Assembly: GCA_040755995.1 (NCBI GenBank)
Contig: JBFMAF010000033.1
Span: forward strand, 71,985-135,984
Reading direction: 5' to 3'
Origin: Acidobacteriota bacterium
GTDB lineage: Bacteria; Acidobacteriota; CAIWXX01
DNA length: 64,000 nt
Position numbers and translations under genes: made by a program. The number at the start of each line of letters is the position of its first letter. Position 1 is the stretch's first letter. Under the pieces are notes generated by a model that was not told the origin of the DNA, ran no database searches, and saw only the letters and a list, made by a program, of their open reading frames with translations. This document shows positions 55,369-64,000 of the stretch, piece by piece.

Positions 55369-55901
55369 GGTTTCAGTCCTTTCGAGGCTAAACACTTGCG
55401 GAGGTCCGCGAGGCCGCGGCAGGTGAGATTCTCGACGCGCTTGGAGTCCCAACGGAGAATCTGTGCAATCTCCGGCACAGTATGCCCTTGAATGTGCAGA
55501 GCTAGAGCCAATCGTCTCGGCTGGAGCAGTCGCTGGAGACAGTCGCGAATGCCCTCGCCGATCTCCACGCCGGCAGCTTCACGCTCAGGATCTGATCGGT
55601 CCATCGCTTCAGGGCGGCTGTCAATCGCGTCATCCATTGGGACTTCGCGCTTGCGCCTGATGCGCCGGATCTCGTCAATCATAACGCTGTACGCCACCTT
55701 CCATAGGTAAGACGTTCCGAGCTCCCTCTTGCCCTCACCCCTCCCATCAAGCTCCATCACGCGCAGCAGGGACACCTGGACCAGGTCTTCGCGCCGGTCC
55801 GCCAGCCAGGAGGGACAGATCGTGGCGATCGCCTTGGCCAGCTTCTCGCGGAGCGTCGAGTAGCGATCGTCCGCCTCAGGCGGGAACCGATTTTCAACCA
55901 T
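55365..55901 (-). CDS. ECF RNA polymerase sigma factor
   Basis: EDLVQ, YLWKVAYSVMIDEIRR (region 2); EIAQIL...RGLADLR (region 4). Confidence 0.9.
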   Translation of the reverse strand: MVENRFPPEADDRYSTLREKLAKAIATICPSWLADRREDLVQVSLLRVMELDGRGEGKRELGTSYLWKVAYSVMIDEIRRIRRKREVPMDDAIDSRPEAMDRSDPEREAAGVEIGEGIRDCLQRLLQPRRLALALHIQGHTVPEIAQILRWDSKRVENLTCRGLADLRKCLASKGLKP

Positions 55902-56387
55902 GGGATAAGATGTTAGAGTTCACTACCAGTTGCGCGCCCACGAAAGCCGGCACACCATCACGACGACGCCATCAAATGCCCTGCAACACCCTGCATCGGA
56001 GAGTATCAGCACCAAGGACCGCGGTCAATACGGCAAGGCTGGAAACGATGTATCCGGCGTGCGGGCTGCATGGACCAGGGCGCCAGCAATAGTGAGAACG
56101 CAGGACGAGCATACAGAACCATCCTTGCCCGGCGCCTGGCAGGCTGGAGTACGATCGGCTTGGGACAGAAGGAGGCGCGCAATGCCATGAGGTGCCGCGG
56201 GGAAGGTACCTCAGAGTTCTCCTGGCTGCCTCTGGAGGCGATCTACAAGGTGGCCGTCGGGTCGCGGACAGAGCCCCGCGAGTAACAGATGTCCCGGCGC
56301 ATCATCCTCCGCTGCGTTCCTCCTGACTTGGTGCAGCACTTCTTCTACTACGGGCATTGCCCTCGCTCGGCCGCAACACGCGGCCTT

Positions 56388-57590
56388 TCACTTCACGACG
56401 AACGGCCAGAGATCGCTCGACTGCGTGCCTATGACGACGCGAACGTACACCTGTCCCTTCGGACACTTCCTGGGTATTGTGACCTTGAGGCTCGTGGTGG
56501 TCGCCTTGGAGATATCCGCCTTCTTCGATCCGAAGTAGACGGTGTCCTTCTTTGGATTCGTCGAGAACCCGACGCCGCGAATCGTTGCTCTCGTGCCCGC
56601 CTTGCTCGTCTTGGATTTGATCGCGTTGATCCAAAAGGCACTGACCGTCCTCACGAGGCGAAACCCGATGCCGGGGTAGCGGGTCTGGGGTACGGCGCGG
56701 TCGCGAGTGGCGGAACGAATATGCGATGCGTCATTGTACCAGAAGGTACCCCGAAGGACTCGGTATGCTCCCACATCCCATGTCGGGCCAGCAAAGTCTG
56801 TTGCAGCTCCGGCCGGGTACGTCCCGTACACGTCCCAGCACCATTCGTTGAGATGTCCATGGACGTCTTTCAGACTCCACGGATTCGCTGCCTTGGTTCC
56901 CACGGGATGGCTGGTGAAGCCACCATGGTTGCAGAACCACGCGACGCTATCGAGCGACGGGAGCAAGCCCCAACTGCAGTCGCTACAGGTTGTACTGGAG
57001 TAGTTCGGTTCGCTGACGGAAAAGGGTCCCGTCGTCCCTGCTCGCGCGAAGTACTCCCGTTCCCCTTCCGTCGGAAGGCGGTACCCGTTGGCCGTGAAAT
57101 CACAGAAGAGTGAGTCGGCGATGTAGTTCGTCGAATCGACCGGGACGGTCTTACTGCTGTCCGTGTAGTAGCACCGAGTCAAGCCCTGCTGCGCCGAGAG
57201 GAGGTTCGCCAACAACACCGCCTCGTACCATGTGTTGTTCTGGACCGGATCCGTCATGCTTCCAGAGCTATAGAACAGTGCTGTCGGGTCCGCAGGGAGG
57301 GTAGGCTGTGCGGCACGGAGGTCCGCCCACATCTGGCGCGTCACACCCGTTTCCATGACGGCCAAGTTCCGGGTCAGAACGTGAGTGAACTGAGCCTCAT
57401 CGCCGCCTCGGCAAGATTCACCCACAGGTGAGCCCTGTACGAAGCCGCCGGCTCCCGTTGCGGGTGCGTACCTCAGGGTACCCACAATCGAATCGGGCGG
57501 GTAGAGATCGCCCGCACTCTGGGCGAGGGCCACGGCTGGAACCCCTGCGAGGAGGATAACTGAAATCGTGAAACTTGCTAGTGGCCTCAT
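56388..57590 (-). CDS. Secreted FGE-sulfatase (SUMF1-like) domain protein with C-terminal IPT/TIG-like domain
   Basis: GYRLPTEGE, NPWSLKDVHGHLNEW, RVLRG, GFRLVR; C-terminal TIRGVGFS...SLKVTIP. Confidence 0.85.
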   Translation of the reverse strand: MRPLASFTISVILLAGVPAVALAQSAGDLYPPDSIVGTLRYAPATGAGGFVQGSPVGESCRGGDEAQFTHVLTRNLAVMETGVTRQMWADLRAAQPTLPADPTALFYSSGSMTDPVQNNTWYEAVLLANLLSAQQGLTRCYYTDSSKTVPVDSTNYIADSLFCDFTANGYRLPTEGEREYFARAGTTGPFSVSEPNYSSTTCSDCSWGLLPSLDSVAWFCNHGGFTSHPVGTKAANPWSLKDVHGHLNEWCWDVYGTYPAGAATDFAGPTWDVGAYRVLRGTFWYNDASHIRSATRDRAVPQTRYPGIGFRLVRTVSAFWINAIKSKTSKAGTRATIRGVGFSTNPKKDTVYFGSKKADISKATTTSLKVTIPRKCPKGQVYVRVVIGTQSSDLWPFVVK

Positions 57591-57846
57591 GAATGACTCC
57601 TTCCGTCAAAGAAGACGCTCATTCACCTGCGTGCGAACGCAAACGTCTATTCCATCGGTCGTCCGAAACACGTTGCCGGTTGGCCGGCTCCTCTTGACCT
57701 TTCCGTCGGGAATCGGCACCCCGCTCCGACGCACAGTGACGAGCGCCGGAACATGGGACTCATCCATCCCCACGCCTATCAAACGTCGGACGATGGCGGT
57801 TCCCCTCAGTCGATTCACGACAACTTCTCGACCGTCGACATTAGCC

Positions 57847-57910
57847 CGTCAACGTGGGGCCCAGCCCGGCGATCAGCGCTAATCGCCGGGCGTTGGCGTT
57901 GATGTTGGGC
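57847..57910 (-). repeat. attC-like site 5
   Basis: GCCCAAC...CCCGGCGAT/ATCGCCGGG stem...GTTGACG, 64 bp. Confidence 0.6.
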
Positions 57911-58035
57911 TCGTTGGTGCCATAATCATCGACGTCGTCGTGGTAAAGTGCCTCGTCGGACTGAAAGGCCGCATCAGCGAACCACCGCGTCGTTGCATTT
58001 CAATTCAGAGGCCCTTCAAGACGTTTATGCCACGA

Positions 58036-60255
<2,220 letters not shown>

Positions 60256-60270
60256 CTATCCACCGTGGTG

Positions 60271-60450
60271 CTACGAATACGGTGCTTCCTTGCCCATCGT
60301 GCTAACCTTCGCATAGGCCGGGTCGGCCTTTTCGAAGAGCTGCCAGTCCTGCACGAGCAACGGCCCGCGCGGGCCGGCGGTCAGAGCATTCTGGTTGTCG
60401 CCGACAGGGATGCCGGCAGAGGTCGTCAGTTGTTTCTTCTTCTCGGCGGT
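60271..60450 (-). pseudogene. katA: Deletion scar of a monofunctional catalase (N-terminus fused to a C-terminal-like segment)
   Basis: Manual translation: [49 protein letters not shown]...stop; no start codon; absent from the ORF track. Confidence 0.85.
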
Positions 60451-60459
60451 AATCTCTTT

Positions 60460-60492
60460 TATAAAATGGTTCTAGTTCTGGAAACCGTCTAA
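60460..60492 (-). promoter_or_regulatory. Putative Per/Fur boxes upstream of the catalase genes
   Basis: CTAGAAC-C-ATTTTAT and TTAGACG-G-TTTCCAG resemble the 7-1-7 box upstream of the fur-family gene. Confidence 0.45.
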
Positions 60493-60537
60493 CATCTCTC
60501 GCCCGAAAAAAGAACCCCGCTCGGATGTTGCGCCCCG

Positions 60538-60936
60538 TCATGATCTCCGCCTCCGCCCTCTCAGCACCACTTGGTACTCACGCACCTCGAAGCCTTGGAT
60601 CCGCCCGTCGCCGCTCACCGTCAGGGCCTCCCACGGGATATCGTAAATCGTCATGGTCTCTTCGTCGACGAAATGATGGTGGCGTCCGACATTGGGATCG
60701 AACACCACGACGCCCTCGACCAGGGTCCGGCTCTTCAGCAACCCCCGCTCGGTGAAAAGGTTGAGCGTGTTGTAGACCGTGGCTCGCGAAAGCGTCGGAC
60801 AGCGCCTCCGGACACGCTTCCAGACCTCTTCGGCCGTCGGATGGTCCGTCGTCTTCAGCACATACTCCGCGATCGCGAGGCGCTGCGGTGTCGCCTGCAC
60901 CGCGCTGGCGCGGAGCCGCTCGATCAGTTCCCGCAT
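60538..60936 (-). CDS. Fur family regulator (PerR/Irr-like, no CxxC motifs)
   Basis: TPQRLAI, HPTAEEV, SRATVYNTL, HHHFVD; directly upstream of the catalase genes. Confidence 0.9.
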   Translation of the reverse strand: MRELIERLRASAVQATPQRLAIAEYVLKTTDHPTAEEVWKRVRRRCPTLSRATVYNTLNLFTERGLLKSRTLVEGVVVFDPNVGRHHHFVDEETMTIYDIPWEALTVSGDGRIQGFEVREYQVVLRGRRRRS

Positions 60937-60940
60937 GCCT

Positions 60941-60971
60941 CTAGACTAATTCCAAACAGAGAGTTTGTCAA
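60941..60971 (-). promoter_or_regulatory. Leaderless sigma70 promoter of the fur-family gene, overlapped by a 7-1-7 operator
   Basis: TTGACA-17 bp-TAGTCT, 6 nt before the ATG; TTGGAAT-T-AGTCTAG at 60941-60955. Confidence 0.65.
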
Positions 60972-61107
60972 GAGATCCGAAGCTTGCGGCCCACTGCCTC
61001 AATGTCGCCAGTGATATCCAGCACCTCGATCGAAGTGTTCCGATGCTCAGGAGGTGTCTCAGATGCGCCTCCATTCCTGGTCATCTGAGTCATGTCGTCG
61101 CGGCGAT

Positions 61108-61163
61108 GCCCAACGCAAAGGTCAGGTGCGCTGTGAAGCGTCGCCTGCACCCTCTTGCTGGCG
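61108..61163 (-). repeat. attC-like site 4
   Basis: CGCCAGC...GCAGGCGACGCT/AGCGCACCTG stem...GTTGGGC, 56 bp; R'' deviates from AAC. Confidence 0.65.
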
Positions 61164-61670
61164 ATCCGCCTTGAATCCTTCGTGGAAAGTGACTGTCCCC
61201 TGCGGGACATGCCCATCAAAGGACAAAACGAAGAAGACCTCTTCCGGCACTCCCTCATGCACAAGGCCCCGGATGTTCTCGAACCCGAAGCGCGTGTAGT
61301 ACTCCGGATGTCCCACGAGGCAGCACCCCCGAGCGCCAAGGCGTTTCAGACGCGACAGCCCCTCCTGTATCAAGGCTCCTCCGATGCCCCGCCGCTGATA
61401 GTCGGGCAATACCGACACGGGCCCCAGACCATACCAGCTCGAGGAACCGTCCGAGATGGTCACCGGAGAGAATGCGATATGTCCCACCACGCGCTCATCC
61501 ACTTCCGCCACGAGCGAGACAGTGAGGGCATTGGCGGCACGGAGCGCGGCAATGATGAATTGTTCCGTGTGGTTGCTGATCGCCAGAGTCTTGAACGCTG
61601 CGACCGTGACTTGGGCAATGACGGCGACATCGGCCTCTGCCTCGCTCCTGATAACGATATCCGGCTTCAT
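61122..61670 (-). CDS. GNAT acetyltransferase (YhbS-like), cassette gene
   Basis: VVGHIAFSPV, LGPVSVLPDYQRRGIG, LVGHPEYYTRFGF; stop lies inside attC4. Confidence 0.9.
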   Translation of the reverse strand: MKPDIVIRSEAEADVAVIAQVTVAAFKTLAISNHTEQFIIAALRAANALTVSLVAEVDERVVGHIAFSPVTISDGSSSWYGLGPVSVLPDYQRRGIGGALIQEGLSRLKRLGARGCCLVGHPEYYTRFGFENIRGLVHEGVPEEVFFVLSFDGHVPQGTVTFHEGFKADRQQEGAGDASQRT

Positions 61671-61695
61671 GCCTTTATATTCCTCTTCCTAAATT

Positions 61696-61791
61696 GGCTA
61701 ACGTTTGAGTTCAGCGGCGGCCGACGAGCGAAGCGAGGAGGGCACCTGGACGCGTAGCTTGCAGGCCGTCCCCTGGAACGAGGGGTTGGGC
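61696..61791 (-). repeat. attC site 3
   Basis: GCCCAAC...TTCCAGGGGACGGCC/GGCCGCCGCTGAA...GTTAGCC, 96 bp. Confidence 0.82.
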
Positions 61792-61802
61792 GGCACGTGT
61801 GT

Positions 61803-62174
61803 TCAAGCACGAGCGATTGCTCTCCGGTGGCAAAACGCCGTGATAATGCCGGCTACGGCTGTGGCAAACGCAAACAGATGGAATTGACGGTGAACTGTTG
61901 CAGCAAAGGCACCCACGGCGATACCAATTGCGGTCATTAGGGCGGACAGTGGAACGACAGGAAACTCGATAAGGCGAAGGGTACCGCCCAGCATCAGTAA
62001 GCCCAAAGCAATAAAGAGAAGGCCGGCTGCATGCCATCCGAGGGTACCGCCAAACAACGAAGGCCCCCACTCGAACAGGACTTGCCCCACGAACTCATGG
62101 CAGAGGCCGATAAACGCGATGAGAGCAGCACCACACGATGCCAACGATTGATAGACCGCCCCTTCTCTTGACAT
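61803..62174 (-). CDS. Hypothetical four-helix membrane protein, cassette gene
   Basis: Four hydrophobic segments; fills the space between attC2 and attC3; start at MSREGAV. Confidence 0.65.
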   Translation of the reverse strand: MSREGAVYQSLASCGAALIAFIGLCHEFVGQVLFEWGPSLFGGTLGWHAAGLLFIALGLLMLGGTLRLIEFPVVPLSALMTAIGIAVGAFAATVHRQFHLFAFATAVAGIITAFCHRRAIARA

Positions 62175-62198
62175 TGCGTTGCCCCTATCCCTCACGAC

Positions 62199-62260
62199 GC
62201 CCAACGCCTTGCCGATCAGCGGCCGGCCGAAGGCCGGACCGCTGACTGGGCTTGTTGGGC
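62199..62260 (-). repeat. attC site 2
   Basis: GCCCAAC...TCAGCGGTCCGGCC-TTC-GGCCGGCCGCTGA...GTTGGGC, 62 bp. Confidence 0.85.
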
Positions 62261-62422
62261 AGCCCTTTCTCGAAGCCGCCTCAAGAAGGGATCCTTGATC
62301 TCCTGCGATGCGAGCCACGCAAGCTCCTGGTCTAGCGTCATGCCTTCGATCTCGGCCGAGATTCTGTCTCGAGCCGACCGCATCATGGCAACAGCGTCGA
62401 ACTTCTTCTCGGTGCTACTCAT
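62216..62422 (-). CDS. Small putative antitoxin of the PIN cassette
   Basis: KKFDAVAMMRSARDRIS-type small protein overlapping the PIN 3' end. Confidence 0.65.
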   Translation of the reverse strand: MSSTEKKFDAVAMMRSARDRISAEIEGMTLDQELAWLASQEIKDPFLRRLRERAAQQAQSAVRPSAGR

Positions 62423-62818
62423 CGGGCAATACCTCCCAGGGCGCTCGAATCTCGAGCGTAGGATATCCTCTCCGCAGATTCACGGAGTTGAACCCGTGGA
62501 TCCGGAAGTGGCCATTGCAATGTGCTGGGCATCGGCCCGCATCGCGGTCGTGATCACCCCTGCGGCGATGTTGGCATCGGCGAGTTCACTTGCCTCGGCG
62601 TTGAGCTGGAGGGTCTCGATATTCTCCTCGGGCACTGACGACAGGTGCCTTCGCACCTCGTCCGGAGCGCCGGCCAGCTCCTGTATGGTGAGAGTGGACA
62701 CGACGAGGTCGAACTTCCCCTTGGCAAAGCACTCCATCAGCCGCCTGGAATGCTCGGAAAACCCGTCGTCTTCGCACCCGCCGACAACTGACGCGTCGAC
62801 GTAGATCCTGGGCTTCAT
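62415..62818 (-). pseudogene. PIN-domain toxin with internal deletion/frameshift
   Basis: YVDASV...DAQHIAMAT, then the family C-terminus RIHGFNSVNLRRGYPTLEIRAPWEV continues in another frame; the usual SWN segment is absent. Confidence 0.75.
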
Positions 62819-62898
62819 TCCCTCATCTTAGCTCCACAACCGGTGCGGACGCTATAGCTCCCCTTATATTCACACGCGGCGACCCGGGAAGCGTGTCT

Positions 62899-62964
62899 GC
62901 GCAACGCTGGCCTTCAGCCGCGGCGCGTCTTTGTGCGCCGTCGGCTGGAAGGCCGTTGTTCGGC
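62899..62964 (-). repeat. attC site 1
   Basis: GCCGAAC...GGCCTTCCAGCCG/CGGCTGAAGGCC...GTTGCGC, 66 bp, with an extra-helical base in the L box. Confidence 0.85.
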
Positions 62965-63231
62965 TCGACCGACGGCACGACGTCTCGCTACCAGCTTCCA
63001 GAACTCCTCGTGAGGGATCGGGTTACCGCTGCGGCGCGACTCCTCGATGATACTGCGGAAGATTGGGTTGTGTGCCAGCAGAAAACGCTCGTGGTCGTCG
63101 GGATCTTGCGGCACCGGCACGACCGCAACGACCGGCTCACCGTGCCGCGTCACGATCACGGGCTCGCCACCGCGCGCGGCCTCGATCATCTCGCTGAAGC
63201 GCGCCTTGGCCTGAGCGACGCTAGCTCTCAT
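62914..63231 (-). CDS. Phd/YefM family antitoxin
   Basis: SVAQAKARFSEMIEAARGGEPVIVTRHGEPV; stop lies inside attC1. Confidence 0.88.
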   Translation of the reverse strand: MRASVAQAKARFSEMIEAARGGEPVIVTRHGEPVVAVVPVPQDPDDHERFLLAHNPIFRSIIEESRRSGNPIPHEEFWKLVARRRAVGRAEQRPSSRRRTKTRRG

Positions 63232-63559
63232 ACTTCACCTCCTGGCCGCCGACCATGAGCCGGTTTCGATCCTTGACTCCGATTGCCTCAACGAGCACCC
63301 GGTGAAGCACATCCTGATCCGAACAGTAGAACACCCGCAACCGATTCTGCGGGCCGAAGCGAATTTCCCAGATGTTCTCTCCGAATGGAGACTGCCGAAG
63401 GAGCGGCTTCCGATTGGTCGTTTCGTTGAACGGCTCATGTGACAACTGTTCCTCGATCGTTTCCCGGATCAGGCTGAGATGCTTCGCTGGGATCGCGTCT
63501 AGATGGCGTACCGTCTCCGGCCGGTAGACAATCTCGAACGTCGGCTTCCTCTTCGCCAT
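63221..63559 (-). CDS. RelE/ParE family toxin
   Basis: WEIRFGPQNRLRVFY...VEAIGVK; overlaps the antitoxin start. Confidence 0.8.
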   Translation of the reverse strand: MAKRKPTFEIVYRPETVRHLDAIPAKHLSLIRETIEEQLSHEPFNETTNRKPLLRQSPFGENIWEIRFGPQNRLRVFYCSDQDVLHRVLVEAIGVKDRNRLMVGGQEVKYES

Positions 63560-63567
63560 CCAGCAGC

Positions 63568-63596
63568 ATTATGACCATAAGTGTGGTCAGAATCAA
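63568..63596 (-). promoter_or_regulatory. Cassette-internal TA promoter with palindromic operator
   Basis: TTGATT-17 bp-CATAAT; TGACCA-N6-TGGTCA at 63572-63589. Confidence 0.7.
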
Positions 63597-63638
63597 GGCA
63601 CAGGCGGTCTCTCGATATCACTTGCGGCAGTTCTCGTA

Positions 63639-63804
63639 GCCGAACAATAATTAGACTGATCCGCATAAGCTGCGGAACGCCAGCTTTCTGTCGGCATAAG
63701 ACGCCGCTGATCCGTCCGGCGGAATTCCGATAACCCTTTCTGCCTCACGCACTTGCGCCCGATGCTTTCCCCAATCCTCGCATCTTATGCGGATCGGCAT
63801 AAGA
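63639..63804 (-). other. attI-like site and flanking repeats
   Basis: GTTCGGC core with no attC hairpin upstream, complementary to attC1 R'' GCCGAAC; 12 bp inverted repeat GATCCGCATAAG (63658-63669 and 63784-63795); CGGCATAAGA direct repeats. Confidence 0.6.
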
Positions 63805-64000
63805 ACCTCCTGATTGGCTCAAAGCCCGTCAACCAGGCTGCGTACGCCGACCGGCCCACGGTTGAGGACATGGGTGTACACCAAATGTGCTGCAGCACAT
63901 TTGATCTATTATGCGCAGACACCTGATATGTGCAGTCAGGGGTCTAACTCAATGATTGCAGGGCGGTGCGCCCTTGTTGGACTCAACATAATATCCCGCT

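Noticed and set aside
56388..57590. Diversity-generating retroelement targeting the FGE (C-type lectin fold) gene
   Set aside because: No reverse transcriptase and no second adenine-variant copy of the C-terminal region seen in the window.

Overview
GC-rich bacterial window (taxon not assignable from sequence alone) with a housekeeping core between two accessory regions. LEFT (0.2-18.5 kb): a vapBC pair, a truncated ATP-binding/HTH gene and a C-GCAxxG-C-C redox gene. These are followed by a complete six-gene type 1 BREX locus (brxA-brxB-brxC-pglX-pglZ-brxL) plus a downstream protein with an RxxxxH (HEPN-like) motif. This island sits at the 3' end of metH and is bounded by two extra copies of the metH 3' end: a 1.1 kb diverged copy and a ~60 bp copy with a 21 bp near-palindromic core. 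It has no integrase. CENTRE (18.4-37.4 kb): metH, a Nudix hydrolase, a metallophosphoesterase, apgM, a C69 peptidase, a diacylglycerol kinase family gene, guaA, a PEGA protein and gcvT-H-PA-PB. It also holds a DnaE (Pol III alpha) homologue whose polymerase catalytic residues are lost while its PHP metal site is intact. RIGHT (37.4-64 kb): CARDB/propeller secreted proteins, several signalling genes, an acs 3' remnant, an ECF sigma/anti-sigma pair and an FGE-domain protein. The window ends in an integron-like cassette array with five attC-like sites and an attI-like site; no intI is in the window. The array carries two toxin-antitoxin cassettes, a membrane protein, a GNAT and an unusual 3.3 kb unit with a Fur/PerR regulator, a deletion scar of a monofunctional catalase and an intact katG. 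Best leads: the polymerase-dead/PHP-intact DnaE, the Fur/PerR-katG unit inside the integron array, and the HEPN-associated BREX island at metH. All calls come from reading motifs by eye; no database searches were run.
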